Of a DNA stretch of 64,000 nucleotides, positions 27,203 through 37,965 are shown one piece after another. The position numbers were made by a program, and so were the translations under genes. The notes beneath the pieces were generated by a model. It was given only the letters and a program-made list of their open reading frames with translations, ran no database searches and was not told the DNA's origin. Within the stretch, counting starts at the first letter, position 1. Every line of letters begins with the position of its first letter. The DNA is taken from the NCBI GenBank assembly GCA_016716885.1, contig JADJUV010000025.1, positions 2,688 to 66,687 of the forward strand, given 5' to 3'. This DNA is from Candidatus Trichofilum aggregatum. GTDB taxonomy: Bacteria > Chloroflexota > Anaerolineae > Promineifilales > Promineifilaceae.

Positions 27203-28159
27203 ATGCTGACAAATCAATTGGTTGAGCGGAATTTTTATGATTGGACGCAAAATTTGCAAGGGCTGTTGTGGCAGGCCGCGGCCGCGATCAAATCGCGTGC
27301 CCCCCAACCTGATCAGCCAGCCCCGGCTCCCCCTGTGATTATGCAACTACGGCGGGGTTATGCCGAAAGCCCGGCCTGGTACATGGTGCAGGCTCTGGAA
27401 TTCGACCCGGAGCCGCTGAGTGTGGCCCGGTTGCGGGTGCGGGCGGTTTATTCGGGGGAACGGATCGCGGCCGCGCTGTTGGAACTTTTGGCGACTGAGG
27501 GTTGGCTTGATTATCAGGGGGATGGGGATTATGTGCCCACTCCGGCGGGGCGGGACGTTATGGAGCGCATGCGCCAGCGTACTGGAGAATGGTTGGGCGG
27601 TTTAGAAACGGAGTTGACGGATCTGGGTGGTTTGGCAATTTTATTGGGGCGGGTGATTGCCAGTTGTATGGCGACGGAAGCGGATGGCCCCTGGTGTTTG
27701 CGTTACTCACGCCGCCGGGCGCCGGGTGATGACGCGGCCGCGGTGCTCAAAATCAACCAATATTGCGCCGACTTCAACGCCTTTCGGGATGATGCCCACA
27801 TGGCCTCTTATCGGCCATACGGCGTGAGTGGACAGGTGTGGGAAATCTTTTGGACCATCTGGCAGGAGCAGGCCAACACGGTAGATGCAATTCACGAGGC
27901 GCTGGTTTACCGGGGGTTGTCGCGGCGGGAGGTGGCCCAGGCGGTTGATGAACTGGTGACAAGGGGCTGGGTCGCGGCCGCGGAAAATAACGACTACACC
28001 ATCACCGAAGCGGGTCGGGCCGTCCGCGAAACCGCCGAACAAGTCACCAATGAACGATTTTATGCCCCATTTGTTTGTTTAAGCGAAACAGACCTGGCTG
28101 ATTTGTTAGAACGATTGGCGCGGTTGCAAACAGAATTGACCCAGTTAGCCGGAGCGTAA
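27203..28159 (+). CDS. Hypothetical protein with two winged-helix-like segments
   Basis: ELLATEGWLDYQGDGDYVPTPAGRDVMERM and DELVTRGWVAAAENNDYTITEAGRAVRETA resemble MarR-type wings. Divergent from the WYL regulator. Confidence 0.5.
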   Translation: MLTNQLVERNFYDWTQNLQGLLWQAAAAIKSRAPQPDQPAPAPPVIMQLRRGYAESPAWYMVQALEFDPEPLSVARLRVRAVYSGERIAAALLELLATEGWLDYQGDGDYVPTPAGRDVMERMRQRTGEWLGGLETELTDLGGLAILLGRVIASCMATEADGPWCLRYSRRRAPGDDAAAVLKINQYCADFNAFRDDAHMASYRPYGVSGQVWEIFWTIWQEQANTVDAIHEALVYRGLSRREVAQAVDELVTRGWVAAAENNDYTITEAGRAVRETAEQVTNERFYAPFVCLSETDLADLLERLARLQTELTQLAGA

Positions 28160-28368
28160 AGCCGGGAATCACACCAGCGAAACGGGCCATGGTGGCTGAG
28201 GTACTGTTGACAGCCCTAAATAGATACATTATATTCTTTTACGACGCACTGCGTCATGGAAGTCTGAATCGAAGAGCCGTCAGCTAAATAGCCTTCTCCC
28301 TAAGCATTTATGCCCGGTTGAAAAGCTGACCGGCTGACTGCTGACAAGCTATTTTAGAGGAGCCAACT

Positions 28369-28962
28369 ATGCCTGCTGAAGCAGGGTTTTCTTTTACGAC
28401 CCATGGCGATCACTTAATCAATGCGCGTAAGCTCAATGAGAACGATATTGATAACCTGATTGACTTGTTTGACCATTTAAGTGCGGAGAGCCGGTATCAT
28501 CGTTTCCATCGTCCCTTGGCTCATCCTTCATTGGAGCAGGTGCGTCAGGGAGCCGAGCAGTTACTCCATGTGGATGGGGTTGCCTGGATTGCCTTTGCTG
28601 AGGTGGATGGCGCGGCCGCGCCCGTGGCTGTGGCCCGTTATGTCCGTCTCAGCCAGGATCAGGCCGAGCCAGCTCTGACAGTGCGGGATGATTTCCAGGG
28701 GCAGGGGATTGGCCGGGTGTTGTTTGCGCGGCTCATCGCGGCCGCGCAAAAAGAGAATATTCGGCAGTTTGTAGCCACCGTGCAGTCTGACAATCAGGCG
28801 GCTGTGCGACTGGTAAAACATGCCGGTTTGCCCACGACGCAAACGGTATCCGATGGGCAAATTGTCCTGACGATTGAGTTAATGGGAGAGGGGGCGGGGA
28901 CGCGGCCGCACAACGGTCATTCTGCCCCGGCCATTCGTCATCTGACCTCGGTTACGGCATAA
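28369..28962 (+). CDS. GNAT-family acetyltransferase
   Basis: DFQGQGIGRVLFARLIAAA acetyl-CoA-binding motif. Confidence 0.75.
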   Translation: MPAEAGFSFTTHGDHLINARKLNENDIDNLIDLFDHLSAESRYHRFHRPLAHPSLEQVRQGAEQLLHVDGVAWIAFAEVDGAAAPVAVARYVRLSQDQAEPALTVRDDFQGQGIGRVLFARLIAAAQKENIRQFVATVQSDNQAAVRLVKHAGLPTTQTVSDGQIVLTIELMGEGAGTRPHNGHSAPAIRHLTSVTA

Positions 28963-28978
28963 TAACGAGCCATATCTC

Positions 28979-29281
28979 ATGTCCCATAAGGAGTCACACA
29001 TGGTTTCTGCCCTGGTATTGTTGAACATCGAACGGAATCGTATCAACGAAGTTGCTGAGGCGCTCGTCGCTATTCGCGGTGTGACCGAGGTGTATTCAGT
29101 GGCCGGGCGTTATGATTTGGTGGCTGTGATACGCGTGGCCGATACGGATGCCCTGGCCGATGTGGTCACTGGCAAAATGCTACAAATAGAAAGCATTGTC
29201 GCATCGGAAACCTTGATCAGCTTCCGCGTTTTTTCGCGGCATGACTTAGAGAGTATGTTTTCGATTGGGATTGAGGAATGA
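28979..29281 (+). CDS. Lrp/AsnC ligand-binding (RAM) domain-only protein
   Basis: VSALVLLNIERNRINEVAEALVAIRGVTEVYSVAGRYDLVAVIRV pattern. The start could be 29000. Confidence 0.7.
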   Translation: MSHKESHMVSALVLLNIERNRINEVAEALVAIRGVTEVYSVAGRYDLVAVIRVADTDALADVVTGKMLQIESIVASETLISFRVFSRHDLESMFSIGIEE

Positions 29282-29383
29282 AATGGAGTTTGGCGTTTTT
29301 TCTGTTGACCTCTGGAGACTAAGAGACTGAGAGACTAAGGGATTTTCAGAGGTCGGACTAATTTTCGCCAAAGTCGAGTAATC
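29282..29383 (-). repeat. ~100-bp nested-hairpin repeat, copy C (reverse orientation)
   Basis: GGAGTTTGGCGTTTTTTCTGTTGACCTCTGGAGACTAAGAGACTGAGAGACTAAGGGATTTTCAGAGGTCGGACTAATTTTCGCCAAAGTCGAGTAAT. Confidence 0.8.
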
Positions 29384-29453
29384 TACTAAAGATTTTTGTG
29401 GAGATACACGAGAGACTGAAGAAGCTCAATCTCCACTCTCTCGTCTCTCTTTC

Positions 29454-30182
29454 TTAGCTTGCTAGAGCGGGGAGGGGGGCAGTCGCACGGCGCACTGCTG
29501 ATTTAGGGCGGGGTAGACGTACCTTACAGACAACGGGTCGGTGAATGGGTTGGTAGCCCATATCGCAGATGCTGGCATTGATAAAGGTTGTGCCGTAGCG
29601 AATGGTAACACCGGCACTGTCGTGGATGTGGCCGAAGAAGTGATAGCGCGGCCGCACCTGTTGCACCACTTCCAATAAATCCTGACAACCAACCCGTTCA
29701 TGGGTCTGGCTAATATAATCCCGAATGCCAAAAGGCGGCCCGTGGGTAATAAGCACATCCGTATCAGGGGGGATCAGGTCCCACTTGGCTCGGATTTCTG
29801 GCCCCCGGTTAAGATTGAAAGCCCAATCTAAGAAGCGGGGTTGCCAGGGGCTACCATAGAACTTTAGCCCTTCGATGGTGACAGATTCGTCTTCCAAATA
29901 GATGGCGTTGGTGAGAAGAGCGCGTGCGGCCGCGGGCTGTTGCTCAAAACACAGGTCATGATTGCCCGCCACTACAATCTTGTAGCGGTGAGGCAAGGTT
30001 CCCAAGAAAGCATTGAACTCGGCGACTTCGCCTAATTCCCCCGTCCAGCTTAAATCACCCGAATGAATCAATACATCCCCCGGGGGAATGTCAATCAGAC
30101 GGTGCATGCCGTGGGTATCACTAATGGCGACGATGGTTAATTCACGAGAGTATAGATAGGATGAGGGAGGTAATGTTCGCAT
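29454..30182 (-). CDS. Metallophosphoesterase (calcineurin-like)
   Basis: ISDTHG, GDLS, GNHD, ITHGPP and GHIH motifs in canonical order. Confidence 0.85.
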   Translation of the reverse strand: MRTLPPSSYLYSRELTIVAISDTHGMHRLIDIPPGDVLIHSGDLSWTGELGEVAEFNAFLGTLPHRYKIVVAGNHDLCFEQQPAAARALLTNAIYLEDESVTIEGLKFYGSPWQPRFLDWAFNLNRGPEIRAKWDLIPPDTDVLITHGPPFGIRDYISQTHERVGCQDLLEVVQQVRPRYHFFGHIHDSAGVTIRYGTTFINASICDMGYQPIHRPVVCKVRLPRPKSAVRRATAPLPALAS

Positions 30183-30314
30183 ATTGCTGGTGACTGAGTT
30201 TCAGAACAAAGGGTCAGTCAACCGGCAGAATTCCAACGACGTGCGGGGGTAGTGCCAGGGTGTATTGGTTATTTGTCATTCTTCATTCTCAAATAGCCAA
30301 TACACCATGATTTT

Positions 30315-33026
30315 TTACCCCTTCAATTCCAACCAGTTGTTACCGGTACTGGCCTCAACTTTGAGCGGAACATCTAATTTGAATGCCCCTGACATGACTT
30401 CTACCACCAGGGATTGAACCGCGTCACTCTCTTCTTGAGGAACTTCCAGTACCAATTCATCATGTACCTGCAATATCATACGGGCACGGAAGCCATCTGA
30501 CAATCTCTTGTGTAGCATTATCATCGCAATCTTCACAATGTCAGCGGCTGTGCCTTGAATGGGGTGATTGACGGCTTCTCGTTCGGCTCGCATGAGTGCC
30601 TGAACGTTGCGTTGCCCAGCCTGGGACTTGAATATGTCAAAATAACGTCGCCGTCCTAATAGGGTTTCGACAAACCCATCCTGGCGGGCCTTTTCTTTGG
30701 TGCCTTCCAGGTAACGTTGGATGCCAGGGAAGCGGGCGAAATATTCTTTGATGTAATTTTCGGCTTCGGCCAGAGTAAATTCGGAATCGCGGGAGAGGCG
30801 GTAAGCCCCCATGCCATAGATGAGGCCGAAGTTGACGGATTTGGCGAAACGCCGTTGTTGAAAGGTTACTTGTTCTACGGGCAGGCGAAACACCGCGGCC
30901 GCGGTGGCCCGGTGAATGTCTTGATCTTCCCAGAAGGCCTGAAGCAACGCCTCATCCTGGGTGATATGGGCCAAAATGCGTAACTCAATCTGGGAATAGT
31001 CAGCGGCAATAAAGACCCAACCCGGCTCTGGCACAAAAGCCCGCCGAATTTTCTGACCCAACTCGGTGCGGATGGGGATATTTTGCAGGTTGGGGGAGTT
31101 GCTGGCAATGCGCCCGGTTACGGAGCCAGTCTGGTTGTAGCTGGTATGGACACGCCCGGTGGTACTGTTGACCATTGTGGGGAGGGCATCCACGTAGGTG
31201 CTTTTCAGTTTGCCCAACTCCCGGTATTCCATCAGGCAGGCGATGATGCCGGTATCGTCACCCGGTTCCAGGCTTTCTAGTACGTTGACAGCCGTGGAAA
31301 AATAGCCCGTCTTGTTCTTTTTCAACCCTTCACGGGGCAGGTTGAGCTTTTTGAAGAGAATGTCGCTCAATTGCTGGGGTGAATTAATGTTGAACGGTTC
31401 ACCCGCCAGGCGATGGATATCGGCTTCTAGTTCGGCGAGCCGTTTGTCTAGCTCTTTGGCCATCTGGGTCAGGAAGGTTACGTCGAGGCGCACGCCAGCC
31501 TGTTCCATGTCTGAGAGGATGGGCATGAGAGGCATTTCGATGTCGAGTATTTTGTCTAACTTGAGGCTAATAATCTCCTGGCGCAGAGGTTCTAACAGGC
31601 GCAAGGTCATGACGGCATCACTGGAACCGTACGCGGCCGCGTCCTCAATCGGCACTTCGGCAAAATTGCGCTGCGCCTTGCCAGTCCCAATCAGCTTCTC
31701 GATGGGGGTCATTTCGACCCCCAACCGATGTCGGGCCAAATCTTTCAGCCCCTTGTGCTTGGTATCGGGGTCAATCAGCCATTCACCGATCATGGTGTCA
31801 AAGGTGATGGGTGTGGCCCGTACTCCCGCTCTATCCAGAATGGTGTAATCATATTTAGCATTGTGAGCAATTTTGGCGATGTTGGGGTTGGTCATGGCCG
31901 GACGGATGGCGTCCAGTACGGTTTGTAAGGCCAGTTGCCCCTCGGCCAACTTACGGTCGCCAGCGAAGAGGTTCATCTGGCCGCTGGTGGTTTGCGGTTC
32001 ATTTTGCAGATGCCCCACGGGGACGTAATAACCCACAGTTGGTTCAACGGCCAGACAGATACCCACAATTTCGGCGTTCATCTTTTCCAGGCTGGTGGTT
32101 TCCAGGTCGAAGCTGATAAGTTTGGCCCGGTTGAGATCGTTGACCAGGGCCTGGAGTTGGGCCGGTGTCTGTACGGTGATGGTTTGGTAGGCGGCACTGA
32201 GGGCTTCTTCTTCCGGGGTGGGGGTGGTCGCGGCCGCGTCTGTCATCTCGGCCAGCAACCGACTCAAGGTGCGGAACTCTAGCTCGCGGAACAGGTCCAA
32301 CACCGGGGCAGGGTCAAAATCATGGGTCAGGCAAGCCTCTAGTTCAAGCGTAATGGGGGCATCGCGCACAATCAAGGCCAATTTATAACTCAAATAGGCC
32401 ATCTCCCGATTCGCTTCCAGCTTTTCGCGCTCCCCTTTTTTCAATTCTAGGGCTTTGAAATCTACGATCTGGAGGGGTTGAAACTGGTATTTTTCTACGA
32501 CTGCGGCCGCGTCAAATTTTTGTGGCTCCCGTTGGAACTTGCCCGCAGGTGGTAACTCAACCAGCGTGTTCTCATCTACCAGTTGGAGCAGGTCACGATC
32601 CCCGGTGATGATATGGGTCGGTACCGCCAAATCTTTCGCCTGCCGGGCCACCGTCCCCAATAAATCATCCGCTTCAAACCCTTCCATCTCCCAAATCGGG
32701 ATATTCATCGTCCGCACTACCTGTTTGATGCGTTCAATTTGCAGACTCAGTTCATCCGGCATTTTAGCCCGCGTACCCTTATATTCTTCGTATAGGGCAT
32801 CACGGAATGTTCCACCCAGGTCAAAAGTAACCGCCAGATAGCGCGGCGGCTGGGGCGACAGAATTTGCTCTAACAAAGTACGCGTAAAACCAAACGTCGC
32901 GTTGGTGGGTTCGCCCTCTTTGGTCGTAAATTGTTCAACCGGTAAGGCGTAGAACATGCGATAGGCCAGGGCATGGCCGTCAATGAGGAGTAGCTTGTGA
33001 ATGGATTGGGGTATAAGTTTAGTCAT
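30315..33026 (-). CDS. polA: DNA polymerase I
   Basis: 903 aa with a 5'-nuclease N-terminus (LLIDGHALAYRMFYA), a 3'-5' exonuclease (SFDLETTSL) and pol motifs (DYSQIELR, RRFAKSVNFGLIYG, QVHDELV). Confidence 0.97.
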   Translation of the reverse strand: MTKLIPQSIHKLLLIDGHALAYRMFYALPVEQFTTKEGEPTNATFGFTRTLLEQILSPQPPRYLAVTFDLGGTFRDALYEEYKGTRAKMPDELSLQIERIKQVVRTMNIPIWEMEGFEADDLLGTVARQAKDLAVPTHIITGDRDLLQLVDENTLVELPPAGKFQREPQKFDAAAVVEKYQFQPLQIVDFKALELKKGEREKLEANREMAYLSYKLALIVRDAPITLELEACLTHDFDPAPVLDLFRELEFRTLSRLLAEMTDAAATTPTPEEEALSAAYQTITVQTPAQLQALVNDLNRAKLISFDLETTSLEKMNAEIVGICLAVEPTVGYYVPVGHLQNEPQTTSGQMNLFAGDRKLAEGQLALQTVLDAIRPAMTNPNIAKIAHNAKYDYTILDRAGVRATPITFDTMIGEWLIDPDTKHKGLKDLARHRLGVEMTPIEKLIGTGKAQRNFAEVPIEDAAAYGSSDAVMTLRLLEPLRQEIISLKLDKILDIEMPLMPILSDMEQAGVRLDVTFLTQMAKELDKRLAELEADIHRLAGEPFNINSPQQLSDILFKKLNLPREGLKKNKTGYFSTAVNVLESLEPGDDTGIIACLMEYRELGKLKSTYVDALPTMVNSTTGRVHTSYNQTGSVTGRIASNSPNLQNIPIRTELGQKIRRAFVPEPGWVFIAADYSQIELRILAHITQDEALLQAFWEDQDIHRATAAAVFRLPVEQVTFQQRRFAKSVNFGLIYGMGAYRLSRDSEFTLAEAENYIKEYFARFPGIQRYLEGTKEKARQDGFVETLLGRRRYFDIFKSQAGQRNVQALMRAEREAVNHPIQGTAADIVKIAMIMLHKRLSDGFRARMILQVHDELVLEVPQEESDAVQSLVVEVMSGAFKLDVPLKVEASTGNNWLELKG

Positions 33027-33228
33027 GAGAAGGTATCTTCACTATTGGTCATTGGTTCGGTGAACCGCGGGAATGCGGCCGCCTGAGGCAAGTTACTGGG
33101 GTGAATTATACCAGACTTGCCCGGTTTTCTGTCTGTCTGGGTATAATCGGGTTTGCCTTTGGTGGATTTTGAGGAAAACCCGCACACCTCTGTAACCAGG
33201 AAGTGACAGGCTCCATTTACACTAACTC

Positions 33229-33322
33229 ACTCGACTTTGGCGAATTTTACGTCTATCTCTGGAAATCTCTCACTCTCTTAATCTCCATAGGTCAACACAA
33301 AAAACGCCAAGCTCCACTAACT
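33229..33322 (+). repeat. ~100-bp nested-hairpin repeat, copy D
   Basis: ACTCGACTTTGGCGAATTTTACGTCTATCTCTGGAAATCTCT...CTCCATAGGTCAACACAAAAAACGCCAAGCTCCACTAAC, in the polA/pat divergent region. Confidence 0.75.
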
Positions 33323-33436
33323 CGATCTTTCACCATCATCATGCCCCGTGCATGACATTTACCCTTGAGCCACCAAAAAAATTCGGGCAAGGCGTGATTT
33401 CTTTCGGTGGACTCATTATTTGGAGAACCATTTATT

Positions 33437-36184
33437 ATGACGCAAACAGTCTCATCCAGAGCACATGACATTCTAGGCGTTCAACGCAAACCTTTGGATG
33501 CCATTTTCGCTCCCCGGAGCGTAGCCGTGATTGGCGCAACCGCTAAAGCTGACAGCGTGGGGCGCACGATTCTGTGGAATCTGATCAGCAATCCGTTTGG
33601 GGGCACGGTTTACCCGGTCAACCCCAAATACAATAGTGTCTTGGGCATCCGCGCCTATCCCAATGTGGCTGCCATTCCGGAGCCGGTAGACCTGGCCGTT
33701 ATCGTTACCCCATCCACCAGTGTGCCGGCGCTCATGCAGGAGTGCGCTGATGCCGGAGTACGCGGCGCTATCATTATTTCCGCCGGGTTCAAAGAAACAG
33801 GGCCAGAAGGGGTGGAGTTAGAGCGACAGGTATTGGAAATTGCCCGTAAAGCGCAGATGCGCGTTATTGGCCCTAACTGCCTGGGGGTGATGAGTCCGGT
33901 GAGTGGCTTAAACGCCACCTTTGCTGGGGGCATGGCCCGCCGTGGTAATGTCGGTTTTATCAGCCAGAGCGGCGCTTTGCTGACGGCTATTCTGGACTGG
34001 AGCTGGCGGCAAAATGTGGGTTTTAGTGCCTTTGTGTCGGTAGGTTCGATGTTGGATGTGGGTTGGGGGGATTTGATCAATTACCTGGGCAATGATCCCA
34101 ATACGCAGAGTATTGTCATTTACATGGAAACGATTGGTGATGCGCGGGCCTTTATTTCGGCGGCGCGGGAAGTGGTGTTTACCAAGCCAATTATTATCAT
34201 TAAACCAGGACGGACGGCGGATGCGGCCAAAGCGGCCGCGTCGCATACTGGCTCATTGACGGGTAGTGACGAGGTGTTAGAGGCGGCTTTCCGCCGTTGT
34301 GGCGTTTTACGGGTGAACGAGATTTCGGACCTGTTTGATCTGGCGGAAGTGTTGGCGAAACAGCCGCGGCCGCGAGGCCCACGCCTTACCCTCATTACCA
34401 ACGCCGGTGGACCAGCCGTGCTCGCCACCGACAGCCTCATCCTTAATGGGGGTGAACTGGCCCAACTCTCCCCGGAAACGGTTGAAGCCCTGAATCAAAT
34501 TTTGCCTGCCCACTGGAGTCATAACAACCCGGTCGATATTTTGGGGGATGCCGGAGCCAAACGGTACGCCGATACCCTGGACATCATCGCCAATGACCCC
34601 AATAGTGACGGGGCCTTGATTATTTTGACGCCCCAAGATATGACCGATGCCACTCAGACAGCCCAGGAGATCAAAACCCGCTTTGGTCGCCCGGCGACAT
34701 CCGGGGTGGGTAAGCCGGTGTTGGCGAGTTGGATGGGTGGTCAGTCGGTGATAGCCGGGGAGACGATTCTCAATGAAGCCAATATTCCTACATACCCTTA
34801 CCCGGACACAGCTACCCGTATTTTTGCCTATATGTGGATGTATAGCCGCCGGATGAAGTTCCTTTATGAGACGCCAGAGTTTATCGCGGAGGTGGAAGGG
34901 CAGGATCCGCCCCGGGTGGTGGCTGAAAGGATTATTGAACAAGTGAGGAAACGCGGCCGCACGCTCCTCACGGAATATGAATCCAAACAGATTTTTAACG
35001 CCTATGGTATCCCCACTGTGGCTACCCATCTGGCGGCTGATGAAAATACCGCTATCCATATCGCCAACGAATTGGGTTATCCGGTGGTGCTCAAAATAAA
35101 CTCTGAAACCATCACCCATAAAGTAGATGTGGGCGGGGTAAAGCTCAACCTGGCGGATGAAAAAGCCGTGCGTCAAGCCTTCCGAGCCATTAAAAAAAGT
35201 GTGACCGAAAAGGTAGGGCGCAAAGATTTTCAGGGTGTGACTGTTCAGCCGATGGCTAAATTGGATGGTTATGAAATCATCATCGGCAGTAGCCTTGATC
35301 CCCAGTTTGGCCCGGTGCTTTTGTTTGGGTCGGGGGGGTCGTTGGTAGAGGTGTACAAGGATAGTGCCCTGGGTTTACCGCCGATGAATAGCACGTTGGC
35401 CCGGCGTATGATGGAGCGGACGAAGATTTACAAGGCGTTGCAGGGGGTTCGCGGCCGCGCTTCCGTCAACATGGCCGAGTTAGAAGCGATTATCGTCCGG
35501 TTCAGCCAGTTGGTGGTGGAGCAACCCTGGATACAGGAGATAGACATTAACCCTCTGCTGGCTTCAGAAGAGCGGTTATTGGCTCTGGATGGTCGCATTC
35601 TGCTGCATCCCCTGGAAACCCGCCTGGAAGACATCCCCGGCCCGGCAGTGCGCCCTTATCCCAGCCAATATGTGAGCCAATGGACCACCAAACTGGGCGA
35701 ACCGGTCACCATTCGTCCCATCCGCCCCGATGATGAGCCACTCATCGCCAAATTCCACCAAACGCTTTCCGATGAGAGCGTATACATGCGTTATTTCCGT
35801 AGTCTCAAACTAGATACGCGTGTGGCTCATGAGCGGTTGACCCGTATTTGTTTCATTGACTATGACCGAGAAATGGCTCTGGTCGCCGAACGCCAAAACC
35901 CCGAAAATGGCGAACGGGAAATCATGGCGATTGGTCGGTTGAGTAAGCAACTATATGGCAATGAAGCTGAGTTTGCCCTATTGGTAAACGATCAATACCA
36001 GGGGCATGGGTTGGGTAAAGAATTACTGCAACGGCTGATTCAGGTAGGTAAGGATGAAAAGATGGAGCGAATTGTGGGGTTTGTTTTGCCGGAGAATACG
36101 GCTATGAAAGCCATCTCCCAGAAACTAGGTTTCCAGATGCATATCAGCCAGGGAGTCGTGGAAGCGGTGTTGCCTTTGTCGTAA
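33437..36184 (+). CDS. Pat/PatZ-like protein: ADP-forming acyl-CoA synthetase domains fused to a C-terminal GNAT
   Basis: CoA-binding start ([10 protein letters not shown]), succinyl-CoA-synthetase-like and ATP-grasp regions, then a GNAT ([17 protein letters not shown]). GGAGA RBS before ATG 33437. Confidence 0.85.
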   Translation: MTQTVSSRAHDILGVQRKPLDAIFAPRSVAVIGATAKADSVGRTILWNLISNPFGGTVYPVNPKYNSVLGIRAYPNVAAIPEPVDLAVIVTPSTSVPALMQECADAGVRGAIIISAGFKETGPEGVELERQVLEIARKAQMRVIGPNCLGVMSPVSGLNATFAGGMARRGNVGFISQSGALLTAILDWSWRQNVGFSAFVSVGSMLDVGWGDLINYLGNDPNTQSIVIYMETIGDARAFISAAREVVFTKPIIIIKPGRTADAAKAAASHTGSLTGSDEVLEAAFRRCGVLRVNEISDLFDLAEVLAKQPRPRGPRLTLITNAGGPAVLATDSLILNGGELAQLSPETVEALNQILPAHWSHNNPVDILGDAGAKRYADTLDIIANDPNSDGALIILTPQDMTDATQTAQEIKTRFGRPATSGVGKPVLASWMGGQSVIAGETILNEANIPTYPYPDTATRIFAYMWMYSRRMKFLYETPEFIAEVEGQDPPRVVAERIIEQVRKRGRTLLTEYESKQIFNAYGIPTVATHLAADENTAIHIANELGYPVVLKINSETITHKVDVGGVKLNLADEKAVRQAFRAIKKSVTEKVGRKDFQGVTVQPMAKLDGYEIIIGSSLDPQFGPVLLFGSGGSLVEVYKDSALGLPPMNSTLARRMMERTKIYKALQGVRGRASVNMAELEAIIVRFSQLVVEQPWIQEIDINPLLASEERLLALDGRILLHPLETRLEDIPGPAVRPYPSQYVSQWTTKLGEPVTIRPIRPDDEPLIAKFHQTLSDESVYMRYFRSLKLDTRVAHERLTRICFIDYDREMALVAERQNPENGEREIMAIGRLSKQLYGNEAEFALLVNDQYQGHGLGKELLQRLIQVGKDEKMERIVGFVLPENTAMKAISQKLGFQMHISQGVVEAVLPLS

Positions 36185-36223
36185 GGTAAAAGGATAAGGG
36201 TCGCGGCCGCGAAATCAAAATTA

Positions 36224-36275
36224 GCTGTTGGGGAACTCAGCGGGTTGCCCCAGAATTCCCCAACAGCCAATTTTG
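36224..36275 (+). terminator. Stem-loop after the Pat-like gene
   Basis: GCTGTTGGGGAA (36224-36235) pairs with TTCCCCAACAGC (36256-36267), followed by CAATTTT. Confidence 0.6.
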
Positions 36276-36593
36276 GTTCATTCGTATCATTCGTGGAAAA
36301 ACCATTTTGTTTCTGATATGCCCAGGTTTTGGTACTTTATGTTACAATAATGATGCCTCGGTTGGTTGGTCTCTATGCTCGGCATCAACTTGATGAATTG
36401 TCTGCCCTGAGCAAACATCTACGCAACACCTACTTCCCACCTCGTTGCGTATCCCGCCTTGACGCTTTCATAAAGAGAAATATTGGGAACGTGTGCAATT
36501 TGCTCAGTTTAGATATGACAAATATCACTCCCCAGTCCCAATAACAAAGGTAACATCATTCACGCATTCACATAGGCTAATGGGTGAATTTTC

Positions 36594-36621
36594 ATGACAG
36601 ACTCAGTATCGCGAGTATAAT
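36594..36621 (+). promoter_or_regulatory. Candidate promoter of the cytochrome operon
   Basis: ATGACA, 16-nt spacer, TATAAT (36616-36621), 55 nt upstream of ATG 36677 within a ~490-bp AT-richer spacer. Confidence 0.4.
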
Positions 36622-36676
36622 GGGCTGAACCGTAATTGTCAGTTCCAGTGTCATAACTGAATGGAGGAATGTCGTT

Positions 36677-37954
36677 ATGCGGCGAACCATCTTGATACTT
36701 TTGGCTTTTATCGCGGCCGCATCTTTTCTCACGGCCTGTATTGAACAACCAGGTCCCATGGGGCCTGCTGGCCCACTAGGGGACCAAGGCCCCCCTGGTC
36801 CCGAAGGCAGTGTGGGTCAAACCGGTGCACCCGGCACACCCGGTCGTGATGGGGCCAGCTATGTTCCGCCCGCCTTTGTTGGTAGTGAAACCTGTGCTGA
36901 ATGCCATGAGAGTATTTACACCGTCTTCCAACAAAGTGGTCACCCCTGGAAACTAACCCCCGTTGTCAATGGCGAACCGCCTGACTATCCCTTCAGTAGC
37001 ATCCCCAGACCACCCGAAGGTTATACCTGGGACGACATCAGCTATGTAATTGGGGGATACAACTGGAAAGCTCGTTTCCTTGATCAGCAAGGTTATATCA
37101 TCACCGGAACGGATGAAAATGCGACGACGCAATACAATCTGCCCAACGATGAATTGGGAACCAATGGTGGCTGGGTTGGGTATCATGCGGGCGAGGCCAA
37201 CTTGTCCTATGATTGCGGAGCCTGTCACACCACTGGTTATAGCCCTGAAGGTCATCAGGATGGGTTGCCCGGCATTGAAGGAACCTGGGCCTTCCCCGGT
37301 GTTCAATGTGAAGAATGTCATGGGCCGGGCAGTCTACATGCTAACCACCCGATGGCTTATGGGATGGAAATAGAGCGGGACGCGGCCGCGTGCGGCGAGT
37401 GTCATGTCCGTGGTGACTTTACCGAAGTTAATGCTGGTGATGGGTTCATTCAGCATCATGAACAATACGAAGAGTTATTCCAGAGTAAACACGCCGTTAT
37501 AGATTGTGTTTTATGCCACGACCCCCATTCCGGTGTTGTCCAACTACAAGAAGCGGGCGAACAAACCACCCGTACCCTCTGTGAAAACTGCCATTTCAAA
37601 CAGGCAGAAAACCAGAACAACGAAGTTCACAAAAGCCTGACCATCGAATGTGTTCAGTGCCATATGCCTCGACTCGTTCGTAGTGCGGAAGGCGACGCGG
37701 CCGCATTCACAGGGGACATTCGCACCCACATGGTCGCCATTGACCCCACCCAGATCAGCCAGTTCAGCGAAGACGGTACGGTGGCCCTGTCCCAGATTTC
37801 TCTGGATTATGCCTGTCGTACCTGCCATCGTCCTGATGGTCTTGGTCTCCCTAAAACAGATGAAGAGTTACTCCAGGTAGCTATTAATTATCACATCCCC
37901 GTACCTGCACCGGTTGAAGCACCTGCTGAGGCCACCGCGACAACAACACCGTAA
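36677..37954 (+). CDS. Octahaem c-type cytochrome lipoprotein with an N-terminal collagen-like Gly-X-Y stalk
   Basis: Lipobox FLTAC and 11 consecutive GXY triplets. Eight CXXCH motifs: CAECH, CGACH, CEECH, CGECH, CVLCH, CENCH, CVQCH, CRTCH. GGAGG RBS. Confidence 0.9.
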   Translation: MRRTILILLAFIAAASFLTACIEQPGPMGPAGPLGDQGPPGPEGSVGQTGAPGTPGRDGASYVPPAFVGSETCAECHESIYTVFQQSGHPWKLTPVVNGEPPDYPFSSIPRPPEGYTWDDISYVIGGYNWKARFLDQQGYIITGTDENATTQYNLPNDELGTNGGWVGYHAGEANLSYDCGACHTTGYSPEGHQDGLPGIEGTWAFPGVQCEECHGPGSLHANHPMAYGMEIERDAAACGECHVRGDFTEVNAGDGFIQHHEQYEELFQSKHAVIDCVLCHDPHSGVVQLQEAGEQTTRTLCENCHFKQAENQNNEVHKSLTIECVQCHMPRLVRSAEGDAAAFTGDIRTHMVAIDPTQISQFSEDGTVALSQISLDYACRTCHRPDGLGLPKTDEELLQVAINYHIPVPAPVEAPAEATATTTP

Positions 37955-37965
37955 GGAGAATTAAG

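Noticed and set aside
33117-33147. Possible promoter TTGCCC-19-TATAAT upstream of the Pat-like gene
   Set aside because: The 19-nt spacer is too long and the -35 is weak, so this is not better than chance in a 400-bp spacer.
36329-36544. 71-aa ORF in the AT-rich leader upstream of the cytochrome operon
   Set aside because: No RBS or motifs, and the composition is typical of non-coding spacer. It is kept only as part of the putative regulatory leader.
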